From an uncultured Candidatus Peribacteria bacterium (GTDB taxonomy: Bacteria > Patescibacteriota > Gracilibacteria > UBA1369 > UBA12463): a DNA stretch of 48,640 nt. Position 1 is the first letter of the stretch; every line of letters begins with the position of its first letter. Position numbers and translations under genes: made by a program. This document shows positions 1 to 8,229 of this stretch, piece by piece. Under the pieces are notes generated by a model. The model worked only from the letters and a program-made list of their open reading frames with translations. It was not told the origin of the DNA and did not search any database. The DNA lies in NCBI GenBank assembly GCA_964521465.1, contig CAZFSD010000002.1:1-48640 (forward strand), written 5' to 3'.

Positions 1-3000
1 CGAATTTGGCAAAGAAGATTCCAAAGAGAAGTAAGAGATCTCCAGAATTCTGCACCAAGGGAATCACCGTGCTCAATTAACTCTTCAGTGATATTTGGAT
101 GATTGAGATTGATATTTTTCTTTTCAAGAAGGTTTTTAAAATCTTCGGTTAAATTTAAATATGGCCTAATTTCCCACATGCCACTTTTATTTTTTTGTCC
201 ACGATAGCGAGCAATATCAGAGTATAGTTTCCATTTTTTTTCAAGAATCTCTTTAGCTTTCTTGTTTTTCCCTTTGTTATTTTTTCCTAATTTTTCAGTG
301 GTAGAAGTATATGTAAAAATAAATTTTTCATTTTCAAAAGCAATATGCATGTCAGCAAAATCTTTTTTGGCATTTTCAATGTTCTCGTATGAGATATATT
401 TATTCTTCCGCCAACCGCATTGGGGGCATGTCGTTGAGGTATAGGCCGCTGTAGTGTAGAAAAGCACTCCCGTCTGCTTATTTATATCTTGAAAGTTTTG
501 TACTGGTGGCGTGAGTTGAAGTGCTTTTAACGGGTGCCCAGTCTCATTTTCTTTCGCATCTTTTTGCACTAGGAAGTTTAGTTTTTTTGCGAGTGCAAGT
601 TCAAGTTTTTGATAAATAGGAAAATCCAGGGCACTTCTCCCCCGCTTGAAGCCTGAATTTAGATCTTCCAGGACTACAATAGCGTTGTATTTCAAAATAA
701 GATCACAGATTTTTCTTACAACTTGAGAGATATAGCCAGTTTTCAGTTCTTTAATATTTGCAATTCGCTTCCAATCTTTGCGAGCCCCATCCCGCTCTCC
801 TGCTCTTTTTTTAAGCTTTTCGTGGTAGTCAGTCTCCTTGTCCTTAATTTTAATCGTATTGAAGCTTCCCGTATCAAGGATCTTCCCCGCATTGTCAATT
901 ACGGAATAATATGCAAGATGCTTTTCCCCTCGATCAATACCAACAACACAAGGAAGATGACCATCCTTCACGATTTCTAAATTTAGCTTGTAGCTAATTC
1001 TTTTATCTTCTGGCGTGCTAAAATTTAAAACAATGGGACAGTGAAAGAAAATTTTATCTTCTGTATAGCGCTTGTTTTTTATAATTTTACGGTTAAAATT
1101 TCGCTCTTCTTCTTCAATTTTAATGGAACTGGGGCGAAAGAAAATTTCCGCTTCACCACTGAGTTTTATCAGAGGATCTACAAGATTTCTGGAATCAAAT
1201 AAGAACTTAAAATAAGAAGTATGCAGATTCTCCTTCCCAGTAGCCTTGAGACTGAAATCCTTGCTGTGAATCTCGAAAAGATAGACCCTCCCTTCATTTT
1301 TTAGGTTTTTTAACTTCTCACTAGAGATGGAGGTAAAACTTATGTTGTAGCCGTACTTGCTTACATCTCGATAAAATTGGCTTACATCTTCATATTCAGT
1401 GCTTGGCTTAAATTGAAAATTAAACACGCTCCAGTCTGGATATTTTTTGATGCAATCTTTAAAGTAATCGATCCATAGAGCTAAATCCTGTCGATTAAAT
1501 TTTTTATTATCTTTTTTGAATGTTTCTTCTTTGCGAATCCTTAGAATCTCTCTGGAGGGTGTAAAATATCCTTTTGGATTATCTGCCGAGAATAGATTAC
1601 TTTGTGCAAACCCAACCTTGGGTAGCATTTTGTTTGGCCCAGGCAAATATTTATACTCCATCTTCTCTAATTCACTGCCCTTTGCCTCAAAAAGCAGCTG
1701 ATTCTTTTCTCTATCAAAGATATGATTTTCTTTTTTATTCGCAGGAAGTGCTAAAAAGTACTTTCCTGAAGACTTTTCTCTTAAAACTACCCCATAGTTG
1801 TCTGATTGTTTATTTAAATCCCAGCCATTTAAAAGAGTAGAGTTTTCGAAATTCAGCTTCCATTTTTCCTCACTATAAGGTTTTTTTGTAAGGTAGTTTC
1901 TAAAGTTATCATACATTCTTACAAACTCCCGCGAGAAATCATCTTGGCTGCCGTAGTAAGCTTCAAATAGCATATAGAATTCTTCATTTCGTTCTTTTTC
2001 AATTGGTTTCCCACTTTTTTCTAATGCAAAATATTTCAACATTTGAAAAAGTGAAAGTGCTGTATCGCATACTGATTTAATAATCTCATTATTATTCTCA
2101 TTTCGACTATATTTCACACCCGAAGCTATTATTTTTTCAGCTTCTTTCTTTGCTGCTTCGAAATCTTTTTGTATCTTTCTAAATTCAGAATGAAAAATTG
2201 CTAAAAATGTTTGCCAATGGTTATTTTGAAATTGAGCTTTATACTCTTCCTTGAAGAGATTTTCAGATTTAAGATCATTACTACATAGAACTAACCGCAC
2301 TTCTGCCAATGTCACAAAATCTGGCAGTTTCTTTTTTTCACCTTTTCCTTGCATAAGCGCTCCTTTTAATGTTTCCCATGAAAGGAAATATTTACCAGAG
2401 AGAGTATTAATCGAAACGCCTTTTAAGTAGACCTCTTTTAGGAAATCTTCGTCTTCGGTGTGTCGAAAGAGAATTTCTAATACTTTTTCTGCTTCAGTAA
2501 TCTTCGAAGTGTTTAGTTCAATAAATTGCTGAAGTATTGGAAATACTTGCTCATCTTTTTCAAGATCATTCATCACTCGTTTTTCCTTTGGGCTAAGAAT
2601 TTGCTTGTATAACTTCTTAAATTGTCTAAGTTTTTTAAAACCATTATCGGATTTATTTTGCTGGTTATACTCATTAATTTTCTGATTTATACCTATTTCT
2701 CCATTATCTATCTGCTCGGAACCCCCAATGACTGCATTGTAAGAATCTATCCCCTGCTGCAAGAGACAAGAGTTATAAAAATCTATTTTAAAAATATTTT
2801 GCTTATATTCAGGCAAATCGAGCTTCTCATACTCTTCACGATTCTGTTCATATTGCCAGACATTGTCTGCGAAACGACGCAGATTTTCATTCACAATACG
2901 ATTGGCAATTGCAGTATCTTTAGCTTCAGTTACATAAAAATTCCGACGACTTGGGTGTAGACGATAAAAATATGTTGTAAATTTTTCTTTCAAAAACCAG

Positions 3001-3560
3001 TTAAATATATTTATAGGCCTACCCTCATAATCTTTTCCAAGTGTGCTGTATTTCTGGCCACCTATTTCATATACCTCATCAAAAAATATATGTGCAAGCA
3101 ATGAAAGAGTTTCTTTTCCAAACAGCACATCAATACCCTTACTTTCTTTTGCTGCTATAATGCCTTTTTTTATGTACTCGATTTTCCACTCATCTACTCC
3201 CGCAGTAAAAAAATCACCAATTGTCTTACGAAGTTTTTCTTCCTCTTTTTCAAACAGTGAAACTTTTTTATTTTCCTTGTACTCATTTTCTAATGCTGCA
3301 CCCCTTTTCTCTTTTCCAAATTCTTCATAATACTTATCCAAATCAAGATGAGTATTTCTTAAAGCGTCCTGAACAAATTTTCGATGCAACTCATCAAAAA
3401 ATGGCTTAATTTGCTCATAATTCTGTTGGATGATTTTATCTTTCTGGAAAACTCGTGCATCTTCTAACATTTTTTGAGTGTTGCCCACTGGCTTCAATTC
3501 AAACTTCAGTGTTTTTGAAAGTGAATAAAGGTTCGTAAACTTATCAAATATCTGACTCAT
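1..3560 (-). CDS. cas12a: Cas12a (Cpf1-like) type V-A CRISPR effector, 5' part only (1186 codons); RuvC-III and the C-terminus lie left of the window
   Basis: Hand translation of the minus strand from ATG at 3560 gives one uninterrupted frame to position 1. It is absent from the ORF track because no in-window stop exists. Motifs in canonical order: MSQIFDKFTNLYSLSKTLKFELKPVGNT; TAIANRIVNENL; LQQGIDSYNAVIGG; KLNFENSTLLNGWDLNK; YKYLPGPNKMLPKV; KDFSLKATGKENLHTSYFKFLF; RuvC-I VVGIDRGEKHLAYY (Asp codon 933-935); RuvC-II AIVVLEDLNSGFKRGR (Glu codon 666-668); LALAKKLNFLV. The frame ends at ...LWNLLCQI, just before the expected RuvC-III motif. Confidence 0.92.
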   Translation of the reverse strand, partial: MSQIFDKFTNLYSLSKTLKFELKPVGNTQKMLEDARVFQKDKIIQQNYEQIKPFFDELHRKFVQDALRNTHLDLDKYYEEFGKEKRGAALENEYKENKKVSLFEKEEEKLRKTIGDFFTAGVDEWKIEYIKKGIIAAKESKGIDVLFGKETLSLLAHIFFDEVYEIGGQKYSTLGKDYEGRPINIFNWFLKEKFTTYFYRLHPSRRNFYVTEAKDTAIANRIVNENLRRFADNVWQYEQNREEYEKLDLPEYKQNIFKIDFYNSCLLQQGIDSYNAVIGGSEQIDNGEIGINQKINEYNQQNKSDNGFKKLRQFKKLYKQILSPKEKRVMNDLEKDEQVFPILQQFIELNTSKITEAEKVLEILFRHTEDEDFLKEVYLKGVSINTLSGKYFLSWETLKGALMQGKGEKKKLPDFVTLAEVRLVLCSNDLKSENLFKEEYKAQFQNNHWQTFLAIFHSEFRKIQKDFEAAKKEAEKIIASGVKYSRNENNNEIIKSVCDTALSLFQMLKYFALEKSGKPIEKERNEEFYMLFEAYYGSQDDFSREFVRMYDNFRNYLTKKPYSEEKWKLNFENSTLLNGWDLNKQSDNYGVVLREKSSGKYFLALPANKKENHIFDREKNQLLFEAKGSELEKMEYKYLPGPNKMLPKVGFAQSNLFSADNPKGYFTPSREILRIRKEETFKKDNKKFNRQDLALWIDYFKDCIKKYPDWSVFNFQFKPSTEYEDVSQFYRDVSKYGYNISFTSISSEKLKNLKNEGRVYLFEIHSKDFSLKATGKENLHTSYFKFLFDSRNLVDPLIKLSGEAEIFFRPSSIKIEEEERNFNRKIIKNKRYTEDKIFFHCPIVLNFSTPEDKRISYKLNLEIVKDGHLPCVVGIDRGEKHLAYYSVIDNAGKILDTGSFNTIKIKDKETDYHEKLKKRAGERDGARKDWKRIANIKELKTGYISQVVRKICDLILKYNAIVVLEDLNSGFKRGRSALDFPIYQKLELALAKKLNFLVQKDAKENETGHPLKALQLTPPVQNFQDINKQTGVLFYTTAAYTSTTCPQCGWRKNKYISYENIENAKKDFADMHIAFENEKFIFTYTSTTEKLGKNNKGKNKKAKEILEKKWKLYSDIARYRGQKNKSGMWEIRPYLNLTEDFKNLLEKKNINLNHPNITEELIEHGDSLGAEFWRSLTSLWNLLCQI

Positions 3561-3665
3561 AGATAATTTTTTAAAATTAACATCTTATAATAACCATTAA
3601 ATTTCAAAATATACAAGAAAGTCTTAATAGAGTAAAAAGCGCGTCTCATGACACTGTTTATCCTT

Positions 3666-3741
3666 TGGTGGGCCCGCCTGGGATTGAACCAGGGACCAAT
3701 CGGTTATGAGCCGACTGCTCTAACCACTGAGCTACGGGCCC
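3666..3741 (-). tRNA. tRNA with anticodon CAT (elongator Met or lysidine-type Ile2), CCA encoded
   Basis: 76-nt cloverleaf on the minus strand: acceptor GGGCCCG/CGGGCCC, D arm GCTC-AGTGGTTA-GAGC, anticodon arm GTCGG-CTCATAA-CCGAT, T arm CCTGG-TTCAATC-CCAGG, 3' ACCA. The G1-C72 pair and the lack of a GGG/CCC anticodon stem argue against an initiator. Confidence 0.9.
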
Positions 3742-3814
3742 GATTTTTGAAGGAACGCGGACATTATAGCAGCTGTCTTTGTTTTCAAAAGGGCTCTTTT
3801 TGATCAGATTTTTT

Positions 3815-4351
3815 CTATGATTTCTCCCTCCAAATCTCAAAATGAAACGGAGTCTTCCCCTCTTTGAAGTGGTCGGAGTCGGCAATTTTGGTGAATGTTT
3901 TGGGGATTTCGGGGAAGAAAGTATCGCAGTCGAAGGTGGCTTCGATGCGGGTGTACCAGAGGTCTTTTGGCTCGGGATAATCGAGGGCTTGCGCGAAAAT
4001 TTGGGCTCCGCCGATGATGAAGATTTTTTGCGGGCCTTCGGGATTTGTACTTTCTCCGGGTGAATTCCCTTTTTTTTCTGCGATTTCTATCGCCTCTTTC
4101 AGCGAACCTGCGAGGGCGACGCCTTCGGGAAGTTTATAATTTTTGTCGCGGCTGATGACGATGTTGAAACGGTCGGGTAATGGACGGCGTTTTTCTGGCA
4201 GGGATTCCCAGGTTTTGCGACCCATGATCACCGTGTGGCTTTTGGTGATGAGCTGGAAACGGTGGAGGTCTTGCGGGATTTTCCACGGCATGGCGCTTCC
4301 TTTTCCGATGCCTCGTTTGTTGTCGGCGGCGACGATGATGTTGAGACGCAT
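3815..4351 (-). CDS. folA: dihydrofolate reductase
   Basis: 178-aa ORF. MRLNIIVAADNKRGIGKGSAMPWKIPQDLHRF...VIMGRKTWESLP is the DHFR N-terminal signature. It lies immediately downstream of thyA. Confidence 0.9.
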   Translation of the reverse strand: MRLNIIVAADNKRGIGKGSAMPWKIPQDLHRFQLITKSHTVIMGRKTWESLPEKRRPLPDRFNIVISRDKNYKLPEGVALAGSLKEAIEIAEKKGNSPGESTNPEGPQKIFIIGGAQIFAQALDYPEPKDLWYTRIEATFDCDTFFPEIPKTFTKIADSDHFKEGKTPFHFEIWREKS

Positions 4352-4373
4352 GAGAGTTGCAGTATTGAGTCGG

Positions 4374-5174
4374 CTAGACGGCGACTTGAAATTTAATGAA
4401 TGGCTGATGTTGATAATTTTCGATGGTGAAGTCTTCGAACTTCAGCTCCCAAAATGGCTTTTTGGCGATTTTCAATGTTGGCAGCGCGGTGGGTTTTCGT
4501 TCGAGTTGGAGTTTTAATCCTTCGATATGATTGAGATAAATGTGCGCGTCGCCGAGGGTGTGGGTGAAGACGCCGGGCGTGAGGCCGCATTCTTGGGCCA
4601 TCATGTGCATGAGCGCGGCGTAACTGGCGATGTTGAAGGGCACGCCGAGGGCGATGTCGGCGGAGCGTTGATAGAGTTGGCAATCGAGGCGGCCGTTGAC
4701 CACATAAAATTGGAAAAGCAGATGGCACGGAGGGAGGGCCATTTTGTCGATCTGGGCCACGTTCCAAGCGCTCACAATGATACGACGGGAATCGGGTTTA
4801 TTTTTGATGAGGTCGATGGCGTTTTGAATTTGGTTGATCGGCTTGGATTGTCCTTGCTCGTCGATATGATCCCAGCTCACCCATTGATGGCCGTACACGG
4901 GACCGAGATCACCTTTTTCGTCGGCCCAGGCGTTCCAGATGGGCGTGTACTGTGCGAGACCGTCGTTGATGTTCGTGGAACCTTTGAGAAACCAGAGCAA
5001 TTCACGAAGAACTCCATCGAAAAGCACTTTCTTCGTGGTGAGCAGCGGAAATCCTTCACGCAGATCGTATTTGCGCTGCATGCCAAAAATAGAAATCGTG
5101 CCGGTGCCGGTGCGGTCCTCTTTTTTTTCGCCTTTTTCGAGCACCTCGCGCACGAGGGAAAGATATTGTTGCAT
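4374..5174 (-). CDS. thyA: thymidylate synthase (ThyA type)
   Basis: 266-aa ORF with EDRTGTGT, the active-site context [13 protein letters not shown], and [14 protein letters not shown]. Confidence 0.95.
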   Translation of the reverse strand: MQQYLSLVREVLEKGEKKEDRTGTGTISIFGMQRKYDLREGFPLLTTKKVLFDGVLRELLWFLKGSTNINDGLAQYTPIWNAWADEKGDLGPVYGHQWVSWDHIDEQGQSKPINQIQNAIDLIKNKPDSRRIIVSAWNVAQIDKMALPPCHLLFQFYVVNGRLDCQLYQRSADIALGVPFNIASYAALMHMMAQECGLTPGVFTHTLGDAHIYLNHIEGLKLQLERKPTALPTLKIAKKPFWELKFEDFTIENYQHQPFIKFQVAV

Positions 5175-5204
5175 CGGTGAGTAGTATAGAGATTTTTTCT
5201 GAAC

Positions 5205-5229
5205 AAAAAAAGCCCCGCGAGGGCGGGGC
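5205..5229 (-). terminator. intrinsic terminator after the small ORF 5245..5478
   Basis: Minus strand reads GCCCCGC-CCTC-GCGGGGC followed by TTTTTTT: a perfect 7-bp GC stem, 4-nt loop and 7-T run. Confidence 0.8.
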
Positions 5230-5244
5230 TTGTGAATGGTGTTT

Positions 5245-5478
5245 TTAGTCGGTTTGAGCCATTTCTGCTACTGCTTTTTCCCTATCTCTCACATCAAATC
5301 CCGGTGGTAATCCATTTTTTCCAATTTGACTTCTTACATCTCCAACATGACCATCTACCTTCTGGCGAACAGCGACAGCTCCTTGCGCCTCAGTCTTCGA
5401 GACTTGATCAACCACATCGCTACATCCTGGTGCCTTTTCAAATGGATTTCCTCCTACTCTGCCGCTTGCGAGTGTCAT
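5245..5478 (-). CDS. hypothetical small protein (77 aa from [15 protein letters not shown]...)
   Basis: An ORF followed by a strong terminator. The start at ATG 5478 is preferred over the upstream extension in the track. I recognise no family. Confidence 0.5.
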   Translation of the reverse strand: MTLASGRVGGNPFEKAPGCSDVVDQVSKTEAQGAVAVRQKVDGHVGDVRSQIGKNGLPPGFDVRDREKAVAEMAQTD

Positions 5479-5598
5479 AATAAAAAATTTAAGAAATAAA
5501 AAATGGTAAACGCCCACTTTATAACAGTCGGGAGCGTGAGAGTCAATGTCATAGGAAAACTCTTTGCGCGGGCGTCAATCCAACCGTATACTGCGCGC

Positions 5599-6444
5599 AT
5601 GGAAAAAAATCTCTGGCGTGAAAAAACTTTCCGGGCGGCGATGTTTGATTATGATGGAACTTTGACGGATTTGCGACACGGGAGTGTTCCGCCGGTTGCA
5701 GTTGCAGATGCGTTAAATGATCTCACTGCGCGTGGCGTGGCCCTGGGGCTGTGCTCGGGGCGACCTTTGCCGCAGGCACTGGAGAAATTGCAGCTGGTTT
5801 TGCGTGAGGGCTTTGAAAACAATAAGAAACATTGGTTCATTTGTGTGGAAAATGGCGGTGCGGGATATGCTTATGATCGTGATCGTGGCGATTTTGTCGA
5901 AGTGTATCGGGAGAAATGGCCGGAAGAACTTTTTTCTCAGAAGGAATTTGAAGCGAAGGCGCGTGAACTTTTTGTCGATCATTCGGATTATATTTTCATG
6001 CATGAAAGTTGCCTCATCGTGCGACCACTCCATTATCCGACTCTTGATAGCACGGGACTCATTGCTGCGACGGACGAGCTCGAGAAGATCGGCGCGGAAC
6101 TTTTACGGGAGACAAAGACGGAAGATTTTTTGACACTGGGAAATTCGGGACTTGGACTCGTCATTCTTTTGAAATCTGCTGATAAAGGTCGTGCGGCGCG
6201 GGAATTTGGCAAACTTCTGGGACTGCGAGAACCATTTTCTGAGATTGCACTTTTCGGTGATCGACCGATGAAACATGGGAATGACGAAGGGATGCTCAAC
6301 GGCTCCATCGGGACACCTTTCACGGTTGGATTTTATGATGCGACCTGCGCACTGCCTCTTCCGGTTCTCGACGATGAAGGGAAACGACTGACTGGACCTC
6401 TGGCAACTGCTTTTCAATTGAAGCGTTTGAAATTCGAAAAGTAG
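5599..6444 (+). CDS. HAD-superfamily hydrolase (Cof/IIB-like phosphatase)
   Basis: Motif I MFDYDGTLTD near the N-terminus, a downstream SGR, and the ...FGDRPMKHGNDEGML acidic motif. The start is placed at ATG 5599 (MEKNLWRE). Confidence 0.75.
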   Translation: MEKNLWREKTFRAAMFDYDGTLTDLRHGSVPPVAVADALNDLTARGVALGLCSGRPLPQALEKLQLVLREGFENNKKHWFICVENGGAGYAYDRDRGDFVEVYREKWPEELFSQKEFEAKARELFVDHSDYIFMHESCLIVRPLHYPTLDSTGLIAATDELEKIGAELLRETKTEDFLTLGNSGLGLVILLKSADKGRAAREFGKLLGLREPFSEIALFGDRPMKHGNDEGMLNGSIGTPFTVGFYDATCALPLPVLDDEGKRLTGPLATAFQLKRLKFEK

Positions 6445-6462
6445 AAGTGCTATGCTTCTTTT

Positions 6463-6849
6463 ATGATTTTTGATCCTCGCCAAAAAATCTTCAGCCACGA
6501 GCAGGCGAACCGCGCTTTGGCTTTTGTCCGCCCTGTCGTGAAGGATATTCTCCGCAAGCGGGATTTATTTTATGAAGTGCAAAAGAAACTCGAACGCGAC
6601 CAACACAATCAATTTTTGATCGATGCCTGCACGAATCTTTCTGAACAAATTATCCATGACATCCGCGAAGTCGAGTCCACCGGTGCCATTTTCAAAGATG
6701 TTCGCATTGGCCTCGTCGACTTCCCTGCCGTGATTGACGGTTATGAGGCTTATTATTGCTGGTCTTTTGGCGAAGACAGCGTGAGTTATTGGCACGATCT
6801 GGAGAATGGATTTGATCAACGACGGGCGCTGACGAATGTGGCGTATTAG
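6463..6849 (+). CDS. DUF2203-family protein
   Basis: 128 aa. FSHEQANRALAFVRPVV ... GAIFKDVRIGLVDFPAVIDGYEAYYCWSFGEDSVSYWHDLENGFDQRR matches the DUF2203 pattern as I remember it. Confidence 0.65.
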   Translation: MIFDPRQKIFSHEQANRALAFVRPVVKDILRKRDLFYEVQKKLERDQHNQFLIDACTNLSEQIIHDIREVESTGAIFKDVRIGLVDFPAVIDGYEAYYCWSFGEDSVSYWHDLENGFDQRRALTNVAY

Positions 6850-7238
6850 CACACCGACTTTCCGCAATTACAACTGTGCGTGACATTCGGATTGTTGAAG
6901 CGGAAGCCTGAGGCTTGGAGAGATTCTTCGTAGTCGAGCGTCGTACCTTCGAGAAAGTCAGCGGAGACGGGGTCGATGAAGATCCTGAAGCCTTTTTCTT
7001 CGAGGACGATGTCGCGTTCGGATGGGTCTTTTTCGAAATCGATGAAGTATTGGAAACCGGCACAGCCGCCTGGGGAGACTTCAATGCGGATGCCGTGGCC
7101 GTTTTTCTTTAATTGTTTTTGAAGTTTTTTCAACTGCTCTGCAGCGAAGTCGGTCATGGCCATGAGGGTGTCGGCGACCTCTTCTACTTTTTCGACTTTG
7201 TTCAATTTGTCTTTGGTGGTTTTTTTGCAGTTGTCCAT
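6846..7238 (-). CDS. HesB/IscA/ErpA-family iron-sulfur cluster insertion protein
   Basis: GIRIEVSPGGCAGFQYFIDF and the C-terminal SCNCGKSVC cysteine triad. The true start may be the internal MAMTDFAAEQLKKL. Confidence 0.85.
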   Translation of the reverse strand: MDNCKKTTKDKLNKVEKVEEVADTLMAMTDFAAEQLKKLQKQLKKNGHGIRIEVSPGGCAGFQYFIDFEKDPSERDIVLEEKGFRIFIDPVSADFLEGTTLDYEESLQASGFRFNNPNVTHSCNCGKSVC

Positions 7239-7272
7239 AGAATAATGTTTTTGGGTTAGAGTAGAGCTATTC

Positions 7273-7307
7273 TAGCATGAATTTTCTTTTCATGCTACTT
7301 CATGCTA
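7273..7307. promoter_or_regulatory. operator-like inverted plus direct repeat (three 9-nt half-sites) in the iscA-like/trxB divergent region
   Basis: TAGCATGAA (7273-7281), 7-nt spacer, TTCATGCTA (7289-7297), 1 nt, TTCATGCTA (7299-7307). The first copy is the exact reverse complement of the other two. The element ends 11 nt before the trxB ATG. Confidence 0.4.
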
Positions 7308-7317
7308 TGCTCGGCGC

Positions 7318-8211
7318 ATGCACGATACCATTATCATCGGAGGCGGCTGCGCAGGGCTTTCTGCAGGCATGTATGCGGCTCGACTCAATCTCAAAACACT
7401 TCTTTTTGCAGAACTTCCAGGAGGACTCATCACCACGACTCATGTGGTGGAGAACTGGCCGGGAATTATCACGACGACGGGGCCTGATTTGGGCACGGCG
7501 CTCTGGGAACATGCGAAGGCTTCGGGTGTAGAGATGAAGAGTGAATTCGTTCAGAAAGTTGTGAAACTTGCGGATGGAACTTTCGAGGTGACCACGGGCG
7601 GCGGGACATATCCGGGAAAAACGGTGATTTTTGCGACGGGCAGCCAGCATCGTCATCTTGGTTGCGCCGGTGAAGAAGAATTTAAAAACAAAGGCGTTTC
7701 GTATTGCGCTCTTTGCGATGGGCCTTTTTATCGGAAAAAAGATGTGGTCGTGGTCGGCGGAGGCGATAGCGCGGCAAAAGAGGCGCTTTTCTTGTCTGAA
7801 CATTGCAACACGGTAAAACTCATTGTTCGTCGCGATATTCTCCGCGCGGAACCTCGCAATAATGACCTCATCAAGCAAAAATCGAACATCGAAATTCTTT
7901 TTCAGGAAGAAATTGTCTCGATTCACGGCACACGGACAGTGGAAAAAATTATCCTGAAATCGGGGCGCGAGCTTCTGGTTCAGGGCGTTTTCGTGGCGAT
8001 CGGACAAATTCCGGCGACCGATATTGCCGCAGAACTTGGCGTGGCGCTGAATGATAAAAAAGAAATCATCATCAACCGCCATTCGGAGACGAATGTTCCA
8101 GGCGTCTATGGCGCTGGTGACTGTTGCGACACGGAATTCAAGCAAGCGATTACCGGCTCGGCTGAGGGTGTCACCGCGGCATACTATGCTTTTTTGCACG
8201 CACAGAGCTAG
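7318..8211 (+). CDS. trxB: thioredoxin-disulfide reductase
   Basis: 297 aa. FAD motif IIIGGGCAGLSAGMYAAR, redox CxxC in SYCALCDG, NADPH motif VVVVGGGDSAAKEA, and C-terminal GVYGAGDC. Confidence 0.9.
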   Translation: MHDTIIIGGGCAGLSAGMYAARLNLKTLLFAELPGGLITTTHVVENWPGIITTTGPDLGTALWEHAKASGVEMKSEFVQKVVKLADGTFEVTTGGGTYPGKTVIFATGSQHRHLGCAGEEEFKNKGVSYCALCDGPFYRKKDVVVVGGGDSAAKEALFLSEHCNTVKLIVRRDILRAEPRNNDLIKQKSNIEILFQEEIVSIHGTRTVEKIILKSGRELLVQGVFVAIGQIPATDIAAELGVALNDKKEIIINRHSETNVPGVYGAGDCCDTEFKQAITGSAEGVTAAYYAFLHAQS

Positions 8212-8229
8212 GAACACTGATCGAAATCC

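Noticed and set aside
1-3560. Absence of any long ORF in the track over 3.5 kb suggested a non-coding region or an alternative genetic code (e.g. UGA recoding, as in some CPR relatives).
   Set aside because: Hand translation with the standard code gives one uninterrupted minus-strand frame. The ORF was missed only because its stop lies outside the window. Elsewhere TGA clearly terminates genes (alr, pdxT, pgi).
3666-3741. The tRNA-CAT could be the initiator tRNA-fMet.
   Set aside because: It has a Watson-Crick 1-72 pair (G-C) and lacks the three consecutive G-C pairs at the bottom of the anticodon stem.
3763-3788. TTGAAA ... TATAAT promoter for the tRNA(CAT) gene.
   Set aside because: The two hexamers are only 14 nt apart, which is outside the usual 16-18-nt spacing. 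The TATAAT may be functional with a different -35, so this is left uncalled.
3658-3885. 75-aa minus-strand ORF overlapping the tRNA(CAT) gene.
   Set aside because: It reads straight through a perfect tRNA cloverleaf and the folA 3' end, so it is spurious.
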